Assembly: GCA_963767005.1 (NCBI GenBank)
Contig: CAVYCN010000002.1
Location: 14,272 to 78,271 of the forward strand
DNA: 64,000 nt
Reading direction: 5' to 3'
Source of the DNA: an uncultured Actinomycetes bacterium
GTDB taxonomy: Bacteria > Actinomycetota > Thermoleophilia > UBA2241
Shown: in pieces, positions 37,929 through 47,302 of the stretch
Layout: the number at the start of each line of letters is the position of its first letter
Position numbering within the stretch: position 1 is the first letter of the stretch
The notes under the pieces: model-generated
Seen by the model: the letters and a program-made list of their open reading frames with translations, nothing else
What the model was told of the DNA's origin: nothing
The model's database searches: none
Position numbers and translations under genes: made by a program

Positions 37929-39437
37929 GTGCGGCACGACACGACGAGGCAGGTGACGAGCGAGATGACCCAGCCCGACGGCGACAGCTCCGCACGAGGT
38001 GCTCACCTCGCGCTCGACGGCGACCTCACCGAGCGGGACGGCCACCTCGTGCTCGACGGGGTCGACCTCGTCGAGCTCGCTCGCACCAACCCGACGCCGT
38101 TCTTCGTGTACTCGCCGCGGCGCATCCGCTGGAACGTGAGCAGCCTCGTGAACGCCTTCACCCGGCGTCACCTCGACACCGAGGTGTTCTTCGCCAGCAA
38201 GGCCTGCTCGAACCTCTGGTTCCTGGGCGAGGTGCGGCGTGCCGGCGTGAACGTCGAGGTGAACTCGGGCGGCGAGCTCTGGAAGGCGCAGCGTGCCGGC
38301 TTTGCCGGCCGCCAGATCGTGTTCAACGGCGTCGCCAAGACCCGCGACGAGATCGCCGCCGCGTTGCGCGCCGGCGTGCGCGGCTTGACCGTCGACTCGC
38401 TGTTCGAGCTCGAACGCATCGCCGAGGTCGCCGCCGAGCTCGGCCTTGCGGCGCCGGTCGACCTGCGCATCGACGTCGACGTGCCGACGCTCACACACCC
38501 CGGCCTCGTGACGGCCCACGGGGGCAAGGCCGGCATCGACTGGGACGACGCGCTCGACGCCTTCGCCTACGCGGCCGGCCACCGGGGGCTCGAGCCGCGC
38601 GGCCTCCACCTGCACATCGGCTCGCAGATCACGGCGGTCGAGCCCTACCGCACGGCGGTCGAGAAGGCGCTCGACCTGATCGACGCGGTCGAGGCGAGCG
38701 GCGTGCGGCTCGAGCGGCTCAACACGGGCGGCGGTTTTGCCGTGCCGTACCGTGACCGGCCGGTCTGCGAGCCGGTCGACTACTTCTGCGCGCCGCTCAC
38801 GATCGACGACTACGCCGAGGCCGTCTGCGAGCCGGTGGAGCGTCGCCGGCCCGGCTTCAAGCTCCTGCTCGAGCCGGGCCGCTTCATCGCCGGCTCCACC
38901 GCGCTGCTCGTGACGACGGTCGAGAGCGCCAAGGTGAAGGGTCGCCGCGATGAGACCGGGCGGCGCGTCGGCGACGAGCGCTGGCTCACGATCGACGCCG
39001 GCTTCAACACGCTGCTCGAGCACACCAACTACCGCTGGTACTATCGCACGAGGGTGGCCAGCAGGGCGGGCGAGCCGGCCGACACGCCGTTCCGCCTGGC
39101 CGGGCCGCTGTGCGACGGTGGCGACGTGTTCGCCGGCGACGACGACACGCCGTACCGGCTCCTACCGGCCGCCACCGCGCCGGGCGACGTCGTCGTCTTC
39201 TTCGACGCGGGCGCCTACACCCTCGAGATGATGAACCCCTACAACGCCCGTCCGCAGGCGGCGGCGTTCGCCGTCGAGCGCGGGGCGGCGCGTCTCATCC
39301 GCCGGGCGGACAGCCTCGAGGACCTCGTCGCCCACGACGTGCCGCTCCGGCGCTCGGGCGCGGTCCGCGGCAAGCCGGGCGCGGCGCGTGGCAAGCGGGG
39401 TGCGAAGGCCTCGCCCCAGGTCGCCGACCCGGCCTGA
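37929..39437 (+). CDS. Orn/DAP/Arg decarboxylase family 2 (LysA/ODC-like fold-type III PLP decarboxylase) with Lys/Arg-rich C-terminal tail
   Basis: FASKAC (PLP lysine), HIGSQI, GGGF, CDGGD motifs; alternative ATG at 37966; TATAAT at 37869-37874 upstream. Confidence 0.75.
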   Translation: MRHDTTRQVTSEMTQPDGDSSARGAHLALDGDLTERDGHLVLDGVDLVELARTNPTPFFVYSPRRIRWNVSSLVNAFTRRHLDTEVFFASKACSNLWFLGEVRRAGVNVEVNSGGELWKAQRAGFAGRQIVFNGVAKTRDEIAAALRAGVRGLTVDSLFELERIAEVAAELGLAAPVDLRIDVDVPTLTHPGLVTAHGGKAGIDWDDALDAFAYAAGHRGLEPRGLHLHIGSQITAVEPYRTAVEKALDLIDAVEASGVRLERLNTGGGFAVPYRDRPVCEPVDYFCAPLTIDDYAEAVCEPVERRRPGFKLLLEPGRFIAGSTALLVTTVESAKVKGRRDETGRRVGDERWLTIDAGFNTLLEHTNYRWYYRTRVASRAGEPADTPFRLAGPLCDGGDVFAGDDDTPYRLLPAATAPGDVVVFFDAGAYTLEMMNPYNARPQAAAFAVERGAARLIRRADSLEDLVAHDVPLRRSGAVRGKPGAARGKRGAKASPQVADPA

Positions 39438-39545
39438 CCCGCCGCGCCGGCGTCGTGTGCCGGGCGCCTGACGAGCGCACCGGCCCGGCCATCTCCTTCA
39501 CGAGGCGACGCTCGGCGACACTTGACTGTGCCGGGCGCGACTCGG

Positions 39546-40718
39546 TCAGACGGGCCGCGCGAGAACGCGCTCGGTGGTCGGTGCGACGGTGATCCGCAGG
39601 GCGACGTCGCAGTAGACCCGGGTGTTGGGCAGCGCGCGACGGTGGAGCTGCGCGGGCTGCGCGAACGTCGCGGCAGGCATGCTCACGTCGGCGCCGGCTC
39701 GCCGCCAGGCCGACACGAGCTCGTCTCGGCGCTCGCGCGAGGGCGCGAGCGCGATCAGGGACCGCCAGTTCGGACACGCGCCGACGCCGTCGGCACCCGC
39801 GCCGAGCACGGTGAGGCCGGCGGCCGTCAGACGCTCAGAGATCGCGGCCGCCAGATCGCGGCGACGGGCGACGACGTCGGCGAGCTCGGTCAGGGCGCGG
39901 GCACCGGCCGCGGCCGCCGCTTCGTCGATGCGATAACCGTTGACCATGCCGTCGGCGCAGTCGTGCGAGAAGCACTCGTCGTCGGTGGCGATCACGGTCG
40001 AGCGGAGCGCGGTCAGGTGACGCTCGAGCTGCTCGGAGGCGGTCGAGACGAGCCCTCCCGAGGAGGGGCCGTCGCCGAAGGCGAACACGGCCAGCGCACC
40101 AGCGCCACCCACCGAGCGACCGTCGACGGTCGCCCCGAGCGCGGCCCGGCAGTCCTCGATGAGCGTGACGCCGCGGTCGTCGGCGACGCGCTGCAGGCCG
40201 TCGGTGAGCGCCGGATAGCCGGCCTCGTGCACGGTGAGGACGGCGCGCGTGTCCGGCCCGACGAGGCGGTTGGCGTCGGCGGCTTCGAGGAACGGGCGGT
40301 CGGGCGCTTCGATGTCGGCGAAGACGGGCCGCCCCCCGGCAAGGATGACCAGGTTGGCGGTCGCCGCCGGCGAGACGGCGGGCAGGATGACCTCGCCGCC
40401 GTCGCTCGCGTCGACTGCGAGCAGGGCCAGGTGCAGGCCGGCCGAGCCGCCGGCGACGGGCACGACGCGACGCCCCAGGAAGGCCTCGGCGGCGTCCTGC
40501 AGCCGCATGGCCGCCTGTCCCTGGGTGAGCCAGCCCGACTTGAGGGCGCCGGCCGCGAGGTCGTCGGCGCCCGACTCGACGTCGTCGCCGGCCCGTCTGC
40601 GTGGGAACCGCACTACCTTGTCGTCGCCGGAGTCCACACTGACCGTCCCCTCGGAATGAGCCTGAAGTCCGCGCACGGACTGCGTACCCGTTCTCGCTGG
40701 AAACAAGGCGTACGACAC
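39546..40718 (-). CDS. DegT/DnrJ/EryC1/StrS-family aminotransferase homolog
   Basis: N-terminal ...LKSGWLTQGQ... and VPVAGGSAGLHLAL motifs; the region expected to hold the Schiff-base lysine reads FAFGDGPSSGG, so the lysine may be missing; alternative GTG start about 35 codons downstream. Confidence 0.7.
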   Translation of the reverse strand: MSYALFPARTGTQSVRGLQAHSEGTVSVDSGDDKVVRFPRRRAGDDVESGADDLAAGALKSGWLTQGQAAMRLQDAAEAFLGRRVVPVAGGSAGLHLALLAVDASDGGEVILPAVSPAATANLVILAGGRPVFADIEAPDRPFLEAADANRLVGPDTRAVLTVHEAGYPALTDGLQRVADDRGVTLIEDCRAALGATVDGRSVGGAGALAVFAFGDGPSSGGLVSTASEQLERHLTALRSTVIATDDECFSHDCADGMVNGYRIDEAAAAAGARALTELADVVARRRDLAAAISERLTAAGLTVLGAGADGVGACPNWRSLIALAPSRERRDELVSAWRRAGADVSMPAATFAQPAQLHRRALPNTRVYCDVALRITVAPTTERVLARPV

Positions 40719-40745
40719 CGTAGCCCTGGCGAGGCGTGATCGGCG

Positions 40746-40781
40746 GACGGCGGGGCCGGCCTTGAGGCCGGCCCCGCCGTC
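40746..40781 (-). terminator. 16-bp perfect stem-loop GACGGCGGGGCCGGCC-ttga-GGCCGGCCCCGCCGTC immediately downstream of the amidase-domain gene (no U-tract)
   Basis: seen in sequence between two minus-strand genes. Confidence 0.3.
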
Positions 40782-40796
40782 CGCACGCGGCGATCT

Positions 40797-42017
40797 TCAG
40801 ATGACGATACTAGCGCGCGTGTGCACGAACCGATAGTGGGTGGATGAGGTGCCGAGCTTCCAGTAGACGTGGTAGTGGTCGGTGGTGTGGGCATCGACCA
40901 CCCTCTGGCCGGCGCTGTTGGTGCCGACGAGCTCGGCGACGTGGTCCCAGGTGCCGTCGCCCGTCCAGTCGTAGTAGATGAAGTCGCCGGCGGAGAGGTC
41001 GGAGACGGTGGACACGACGTCGGTGTAGCGCAGGTTCCAGGCGCCTTGCTGGTTGGCCACCGCGATCCAGGCGTGGCTGTAGGTGTCGTTTCCGGGCGAG
41101 CTCGTGCCGGACTTGTCGTACCACCAGCCCGAGGAGTAGGTGTCGCCGAACTGTGGGTAGCCGCCGGCGTACATGACCTGGGAGCCGAAGTTGGCGCAGT
41201 CGCTGCTGAAGCTCACGTAGGTCGGGTTGTACGAGAGGGCGTAGCGGTCGGCGTAGGCCTTGGCCGCGCCGCGGTCGTAGCTGAGCTTGGCGACGTAGCC
41301 CGGCGCGGCGCCGGCGGGCGCCGCGCCCGCGGACGCGGTCGCCGGGGCCGTGGCGTACGGGGGCATGGCCACGGCGGCCGGCCGGACCGCGGCCGCGGCG
41401 GTCTTCTCGAGGCCGCGAGCGGCGCTGTCGACGACGGAGCGGGGAGCGCCGGCGGCCTGCAGGAGGCGCGGCGTGAGGTCGGAGGTGTAGCGGTCGGCGG
41501 CGACGAGCCAGCGGCCGGCGCGGCGGACGAGGATTACGACGTGATCGATGCCGTCGCCCTCGGTGTCGGTGCGACCGTCGGCCGCGGTCCAGGCGACGAT
41601 CGTCACGGCGCGAGCGGCGACGACGGCCGTGCGGCCGTCGGCCGACAGCCGCACCCGGCCGACGGCGACGCGGCACGACACGCCGGTGACGCGGTGCCCG
41701 AGCTGAGCGGCCAGGCGCCGTCCGCCGCTCGCGAGCAGCAGTTCGCGAGCGGCGACCGGCGCGCCCGGCAGGCAGCGAGCGGCCAGGGCGTGACCGGCGG
41801 CCGGTGCGAGCAGGCAGCGGGCGCGCAGCCGCAGGTAGGCGGTCGCGGCGCCGGCCGGACCGCCGGTCGCGGCGGCGGGCTGCGTCGCCCGCGTCGCACA
41901 GCCGCCGCCTGCCCCGGCGGCAGCCACCGGGGCAGGCCCGGCGGCGACCGGCGCGGCCGCGAGCGGCAGCGCGAGCAGCGCGAGCAGCGCTGCGCGCGGT
42001 CGAGGGAGGTGGAGCAT
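40797..42017 (-). CDS. secreted protein with C-terminal putative amidase (Amidase_6/CHAP-like) domain
   Basis: signal peptide MLHLPRPRAALLALLALPLAAAPVAA; C-terminal ...ANFGSQVMYAGGYPQFG...WDHVAELVG...HYHVYWK. Confidence 0.55.
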   Translation of the reverse strand: MLHLPRPRAALLALLALPLAAAPVAAGPAPVAAAGAGGGCATRATQPAAATGGPAGAATAYLRLRARCLLAPAAGHALAARCLPGAPVAARELLLASGGRRLAAQLGHRVTGVSCRVAVGRVRLSADGRTAVVAARAVTIVAWTAADGRTDTEGDGIDHVVILVRRAGRWLVAADRYTSDLTPRLLQAAGAPRSVVDSAARGLEKTAAAAVRPAAVAMPPYATAPATASAGAAPAGAAPGYVAKLSYDRGAAKAYADRYALSYNPTYVSFSSDCANFGSQVMYAGGYPQFGDTYSSGWWYDKSGTSSPGNDTYSHAWIAVANQQGAWNLRYTDVVSTVSDLSAGDFIYYDWTGDGTWDHVAELVGTNSAGQRVVDAHTTDHYHVYWKLGTSSTHYRFVHTRASIVI

Positions 42018-42040
42018 GGGGGACCCCCTTTCGGGTCGGG

Positions 42041-42589
42041 TTACGGGCTCGTGGTGACGGCTGTGATCAGCCAGTCCCCCGCGCTTCGCACCCTCCCCAG
42101 GGTGAAGAAGAGCGTCGTGCGGCCGCTCGGCAGCGGCGCGCCGCGTCGTGTGAACAGGCGCACGGTCGCGACGATCGTGATGGCGTCGGGGCCGGGCCCT
42201 CCCCGGACCCGAGCCGAGATGAGGTCGATATGGCGGATGCCGGCGAGCTCGCGGCACGGCCGGCAGCGCGGCCGGGCCAGCAGACGCCGGGCGTCGGCGA
42301 AGCGATGACGGTCGACGAAGCGCACCAGACGTGCCACCGTGCAGGCCGCGAGCAGGCGCGCGGCGATGGGCGTCGTGGCCGCCGGCGGGGGCGCCGGCGA
42401 GGCGCTGCCGGCGAGGGGTGACGGGGTCGCGGCCGGCGACCGCGACCCCGCCACCGTGACGCCGCCGGCGGGCGCCGGCGTGACGGGTGCCGTCCGACCG
42501 CAGGCCGCCCAGACCGCGACCACCGCGAGCGCGGCCGCCGCCACGGCGAGCCGGCGGGCGATGCGGGTGCGGTGGGAGCGCGACGTCAT
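42041..42589 (-). CDS. hypothetical secreted/lipoprotein (183 aa)
   Basis: N-terminal hydrophobic segment ending AVWAACG (lipobox-like), Pro/Ala-rich linker. Confidence 0.4.
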   Translation of the reverse strand: MTSRSHRTRIARRLAVAAAALAVVAVWAACGRTAPVTPAPAGGVTVAGSRSPAATPSPLAGSASPAPPPAATTPIAARLLAACTVARLVRFVDRHRFADARRLLARPRCRPCRELAGIRHIDLISARVRGGPGPDAITIVATVRLFTRRGAPLPSGRTTLFFTLGRVRSAGDWLITAVTTSP

Positions 42590-42695
42590 GGCCTGATGCT
42601 GCGCGGCGGCCGCCCCGGCCTCAAGGATGACGACAGCCACTCGGCGGTGACGTTGTCGTCGCGGCCGCCGGGCCGCCTGTGACACAATCGCCGGC

Positions 42696-43184
42696 GTGAC
42701 CGGCGAGCCCCCCGACCTGCCCGATCTGCTCGGCGACCACCCGTCGCTCGGCCTCGTGCTGCGCCGCGACCTGGTGCGTGGCCTGCGCGCCGGCCTGGCG
42801 ACCTTCTGGAGCCTGGCCAAGGCGATGATCCCGGCCTACGCCCTGGCGCTCGTCCTCGAGAAGCTCGGCGCGGTGCGCGCGATCGCCCACGTCGCCCAGC
42901 CGGTGATGTCGCTGGTCGGCCTGCCGGGCTCGGCGGCCGTGCCGCTCGTGCTGGGCTGGGTGCTCAACGTCTATGCCGCCGTCGGCGCCATGACGGCGCT
43001 CCACCTGGACGCGCGCCAGATCACGGTGCTCGCCCTGGCCGTGCTGATCGGCCACAACCTGCTGGTCGAGGGCGCCGTGCTGCGCCGCGCCGGCATGAGC
43101 GGCGTCGGCTTCGGCGTCCTGCGCGCGGTCAGCGGCCTCGCCGCCGCCGGCCTCGCCAACCTGCTCATGAAGGCGCTGTCGTGA
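42696..43184 (+). CDS. nucleoside-recognition (Gate) domain membrane protein, SpmA-like
   Basis: 162 aa, 4 TM; paired with the following gene via ATGA overlap. Confidence 0.55.
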   Translation: MTGEPPDLPDLLGDHPSLGLVLRRDLVRGLRAGLATFWSLAKAMIPAYALALVLEKLGAVRAIAHVAQPVMSLVGLPGSAAVPLVLGWVLNVYAAVGAMTALHLDARQITVLALAVLIGHNLLVEGAVLRRAGMSGVGFGVLRAVSGLAAAGLANLLMKALS

Positions 43185-43672
43185 GTGCGCTGCTGTCGGA
43201 GTTCCTGCGCGGCTCGTTCAGCCTGCTGTGGCGCGTCTTCGTCATCGTCGTGCCGATCATGGTCGTGCTCGAGCTCTTCGAGGGCTCGCGGCCCTTCCGC
43301 GTGGTCGTGCGACTCTGGGCGCGCGTCATGGCGCCGCTCGGCATGACCGACGAGATCGCCACCCCGACGCTGGTCGGCTTTCTGTTCGGCATCGCCTACG
43401 GCGGCGGCGTCATCATCCGCGAGACCGCCCGTCACAGCCTGCCGCGCCGGCAACTGTTCCTCATGAGCGTCTTCCTGAGCGAGGTGCACGCCATCTTCGA
43501 GGACTCGCTCGTGCTCATCGCCGTCGGCGCGTCGGCCGTGTGGGTGGTCGGCTTTCGCCTGGTCTGGGCCGCCGCGCTGACCGCGCTCCTGGGCGCGGGC
43601 GCGGCCGCCGTCGCGCGCCGCCGCGGCGGCGCGCGGCCGGACCGGCGCGAAGGCGAGCCGGGGAGCGAATGA
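43181..43672 (+). CDS. nucleoside-recognition (Gate) domain membrane protein, SpmB-like
   Basis: 163 aa, 4 TM. Confidence 0.55.
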   Translation: MSALLSEFLRGSFSLLWRVFVIVVPIMVVLELFEGSRPFRVVVRLWARVMAPLGMTDEIATPTLVGFLFGIAYGGGVIIRETARHSLPRRQLFLMSVFLSEVHAIFEDSLVLIAVGASAVWVVGFRLVWAAALTALLGAGAAAVARRRGGARPDRREGEPGSE

Positions 43673-43699
43673 AGCGCTTGCGACAGGGGTATTGTTGAC

Positions 43700-43730
43700 A
43701 AGTCTTATCGGTTTCCGCTACCAATCAGAT
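43700..43730 (+). promoter_or_regulatory. sigma70-like promoter TTGACA-N18-TACCAA in an AT-richer island upstream of the Rrf2 gene
   Basis: perfect -35 hexamer; likely also carries the Rrf2 autoregulatory site. Confidence 0.35.
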
Positions 43731-43792
43731 GACTGCGCGCACCGGGTCCGCCCGGGACCGCTGCCGCGGCAGGCGACGACGAGCGAGCGACG

Positions 43793-44236
43793 ATGAACAT
43801 CTCCGCCAAGAGCAAGTACGCGGTGCGCGCGCTGGTCGAGCTGGCCGAGCGTACGCAGGGCCAGCCCGGCCAGCTCGTCCGGCTCACCGACGTGGCCAAG
43901 GCGCGCAGCATCCCGCTGCAGTTCCTCGAGCAGCTCTTCGCCGGGCTGCGCCGGGCCGGCATCGTCAAGAGCCGGCGCGGCGCGAGCGGCGGCTTCGTGT
44001 TCGCGCGTCCGCCCGGCCAGGTCACGGTGCTCGACGTGGTCGAGACCCTCGACGGGCTCGTCTCGCCGGCGATCTGTACGCAGGGCGAGTGCGAGCGCAT
44101 CGAGGAGTGTGGCGCGGCGGCGGTGTGGCTCGAGGCCAAGGAGGCGCTCGAGCAGGTGCTGCGTCAGACGACGATCGCCGACCTCGCCGAGCGCGAGCTC
44201 GCCCGCGCCCCCCACGAAGCCATGTACTACATCTGA
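43793..44236 (+). CDS. Rrf2 family transcriptional regulator (IscR/CymR-like)
   Basis: N-terminal w[21 protein letters not shown]..., GxxGGF motif, 3 Cys ([12 protein letters not shown]). Confidence 0.8.
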   Translation: MNISAKSKYAVRALVELAERTQGQPGQLVRLTDVAKARSIPLQFLEQLFAGLRRAGIVKSRRGASGGFVFARPPGQVTVLDVVETLDGLVSPAICTQGECERIEECGAAAVWLEAKEALEQVLRQTTIADLAERELARAPHEAMYYI

Positions 44237-44255
44237 CAGCCAGCCGGAGGACCGT

Positions 44256-45209
44256 GTGAAGATCGCAGACGACATCACCCAGTTGATCGGCGCTACGCCG
44301 CTCGTGCACCTGCGCGCCCTCTCGGAGCGCAGCGGCGCCACCATCGTCGGCAAGCTCGAGTCGTTCAACCCGGGTGGCAGCGTCAAGGACCGCATCGGCC
44401 TGTCGATGATCGAGGCGGCCGAGCGCGCCGGCATGATCGCGCCGGGTCGCACGACGATCGTCGAGCCGACCAGCGGCAACGCCGGCATCGCCCTGGCCAT
44501 GGTCACCGCCGCGCGCGGGTATCGCCTGATCATCACCATGCCGGAGACCTTCAGCGTCGAACGTCGTACGCTGCTACGCGCGTACGGTGCCAAGCTCGTG
44601 CTCACGCCCGGTCCCGAGGGCATGCGCGGCGCGATCGAGCGCGCCGCCGAGGTCGTCGCCGAGACGCCCGACAGCTTCATGCCGCAGCAGTTCGAGAACC
44701 CGGCCAACCCCGCGATCCACCACGACGCGACCGGCGACGAGATCTGGCGCGACACCGAGGGCGCCGTCGACGTCTTCGTGGCCGGCATCGGCACCGGCGG
44801 CACCATCACCGGCGTGGGTCGGCTCCTCAAGGAGCGCAAGCCCGCGGTCAGGGTCGTAGGGGTCGAACCCATCGAGTCGACCGTCCTGGCCGGAGGGCAG
44901 CCGGGGCCGCACCGCATCCAGGGTATCGGCGCCGGCTTCGTGCCCGCCGTGCTCGACACCGCGGTCTACGACGAGGTGCTCGCCGTGACCGGCGAGCAGG
45001 CGTTCGAGACGGCGCGCGCCCTGGCGGCCGGCGAGGGCCTCCTCGTCGGCATCTCTGCCGGCGCGAACGCGTTCGTCGCCGCCGAGGTCGGTGCCCGACC
45101 GGAGAACGCGGGCAAGCTCATCGTCACCATCCTGTGCGACACCGGCGAGCGCTACCTGTCGACCACCCTGTTCGCCGAGCAGAGCGCCTCGGCGATGATC
45201 GGCGGCTGA
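44256..45209 (+). CDS. cysK: cysteine synthase A (O-acetylserine sulfhydrylase)
   Basis: PLP-binding lysine motif [28 protein letters not shown]; GGAGG RBS plus GTG. Confidence 0.85.
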   Translation: MKIADDITQLIGATPLVHLRALSERSGATIVGKLESFNPGGSVKDRIGLSMIEAAERAGMIAPGRTTIVEPTSGNAGIALAMVTAARGYRLIITMPETFSVERRTLLRAYGAKLVLTPGPEGMRGAIERAAEVVAETPDSFMPQQFENPANPAIHHDATGDEIWRDTEGAVDVFVAGIGTGGTITGVGRLLKERKPAVRVVGVEPIESTVLAGGQPGPHRIQGIGAGFVPAVLDTAVYDEVLAVTGEQAFETARALAAGEGLLVGISAGANAFVAAEVGARPENAGKLIVTILCDTGERYLSTTLFAEQSASAMIGG

Positions 45210-46084
45210 TGGCCGACGCCGTGCACGAAGGCGCCGTGGGCGCCTCGCTGATCGCCGCCGTCGGCGCGCTGCTCGAGCCGCTCGAGCGGGCGCTGCGGCC
45301 GCTCGAGCACGTCTGCGTCGCCTTCTCCGGCGGCGTCGACTCGAGCGTCGTGCTGGCGGTCGCCGTGCGCGTGCTCGGAGCGTCGCGGGTGCTCGCCTTT
45401 ACGGCCGTGTCCGAGACCTACCGCGACGACGAGCTCGTGGCGGCCCGCGCCCTCGCGGACTCGCTCGGCGTGCGTCACCTCACCTGGCAGACCCGCGAGC
45501 TCGACGACCCGCGCTTCGTGGCCAACACGCGCGATCGCTGCTACGCGTGCAAGGCGACGCTGCTCGAGGCCATGGAGCGGGCGGCGGCCGAGGCCGGTGC
45601 GACCGCCCTGGTCGACGGCGCCAACCGCGACGACCTGGGCGACGAGCGCCCCGGCATGCGGGCCGCCGCCGAGCGCGGCGTACGGCACCCGCTGATCGAG
45701 GCCGGGCTCGGCAAGGCGGCCGTGCGCACCCTCGCCCGTGCCCTCGACCTGCCGGTCTGGAGCAAGCCCGCCGAAGCCTGTCTGGCCTCGCGCGTCGCGT
45801 ATGGCGAGGCCGTCACGGCCGACAAGCTGCGTCAGGTGGCGGCGGCCGAGGACGTGCTGCGCGAGCTCGGTCTGGGCCCTGAGCTGCGCGTCCGTCACCA
45901 CGGCGACGTCGCCCGTGTCGAGGTGCCGGCCGAGCAGGTCGAGCGCGCCGCCGGCGCCGAGGTGCGGACGGCCGTCGACCGCCGCCTGCGGGCGCTCGGC
46001 TTCACGTACGTCGCCCTCGACCTGCAGGGCTTTCGCTCGGGCAGCATGAACGAAGCCCCACGACCCGAAAGGAGCGCCCCGTGA
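45208..46084 (+). CDS. LarE-type PP-loop ATP pyrophosphatase (TIGR00268 family sulfur transferase)
   Basis: PP-loop AFSGGVDSS; CxxC (DRCYACKA) plus downstream EACLASRV Cys aligned with the LarE active-site loop; ATGA overlap with cysK stop and GTGA overlap with cysE start. Confidence 0.7.
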
Positions 46085-46884
46085 ACCGCCCGCTCGCCAC
46101 GATGGCCGATGCCGCCGAGGGCGCGTGGTGCGCCGTGCGGGGCGGCCGGCTGCGGCACTTCGTGGCGCGCATGCGCCGCGACGTGCAGGCCGTCAAGGAG
46201 CGCGATCCGGCGGCCACCAGTTCGTTCGAGATCGTCACCTCGTACTCGGGTCTGCACGCCCTCTGGCTGCACCGCGTCGCCCATCCTCTGTACCGCTGCG
46301 GTGTGCCGATCGTGCCGCGCTGGCTCTCGCAGTTCAACCGGTTCCTGACCGGCATCGAGATCCACCCCGGGGCGCAGGTCGGCGAGGGCTTCTTCATCGA
46401 CCACGGCTCGGGTGTCGTGATCGGCGAGACCACCGAGATCGGCGACAACGTCACCCTCTACCAGGGCGTCACCCTCGGCGGCACAGGCAAGGAGCACGGC
46501 AAGCGCCACCCCACGCTCGGCGACAACATCGTGGTGGGCTCGGGAGCGAGCGTGCTCGGCTCGATCAGGATCGGCGACAACGCCAAGATCGGCTCGGGCA
46601 GCGTGGTCGTGCACGACGTGCCGGCCAACGCCACCGTGGTCGGCAACCCGGGTCACCCGGTGGTGGTCGACGGTCAGCGCGTCGGCATCCCCGACATCGA
46701 CTACACCCACCTGCCCGACCCGGTGGCCGAGGCGCTCAAGTGCGTCGTCGATCGCATCATCGCCCTCGAGCAGGAGCTCGACGAGATCGACCCGGCGCGC
46801 AAGGATCGCCGCCGCTCGCGCATTGCCGTCAACCAGGCGACCCTCGACCGCCTGCTGCACTTCAGCGACGGGGCCGGGATCTAG
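46081..46884 (+). CDS. cysE: serine O-acetyltransferase
   Basis: left-handed beta-helix hexapeptide repeats, DHGSGVVIGETTEIGDNV... Confidence 0.85.
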   Translation: MNRPLATMADAAEGAWCAVRGGRLRHFVARMRRDVQAVKERDPAATSSFEIVTSYSGLHALWLHRVAHPLYRCGVPIVPRWLSQFNRFLTGIEIHPGAQVGEGFFIDHGSGVVIGETTEIGDNVTLYQGVTLGGTGKEHGKRHPTLGDNIVVGSGASVLGSIRIGDNAKIGSGSVVVHDVPANATVVGNPGHPVVVDGQRVGIPDIDYTHLPDPVAEALKCVVDRIIALEQELDEIDPARKDRRRSRIAVNQATLDRLLHFSDGAGI

Positions 46885-46971
46885 CCGGCGCACCCGCCGC
46901 GCGCCGGCCGGGGGCCGTGGTGGGTATGCTACTATCGCCGCATCAGCAAGCAGAGGGAGAGTGACCTCGCC

Positions 46972-47280
46972 GTGAGCCACGTCCGACGTCTTGTCCTCGA
47001 CGTCCTCAAACCCCACATGCCGACCATGCTCAACCTGGCCGACAAGCTCGGCGACCTCGAAGGCATCGCCGGCGTCGACATCACGCTCTTCGAGATCGAC
47101 AACAAGGTCGAGAACATCAAGATTACCCTCGAGGGCAGCGACATCGACTACCAGGAGGTCGCCGAGGTCATCCAGGATTCCGGCGGCAGCATCCACTCCA
47201 TCGACAAGGTGTCCACCGGCCGCCAGCTCATCGACGAGGCCGAGACACCTCAGGACGCCGGCGCCCGCTGGATGCGGTGA
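46972..47280 (+). CDS. DUF211 family protein
   Basis: VRRLVLDVLKPH...GVDITLFEID...IKITLEG.DIDY...GGSIHSIDKV. Confidence 0.6.
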   Translation: MSHVRRLVLDVLKPHMPTMLNLADKLGDLEGIAGVDITLFEIDNKVENIKITLEGSDIDYQEVAEVIQDSGGSIHSIDKVSTGRQLIDEAETPQDAGARWMR

Positions 47281-47302
47281 CCGCCGCCTCGTCGCGTAGC
47301 AG

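Noticed and set aside
39455-39535. Short repeat TGTGCCGGGCGC occurring twice between the convergent decarboxylase and DegT genes
   Set aside because: Only two copies of 12 nt in GC-rich DNA; insufficient to call a regulatory or mobile element.
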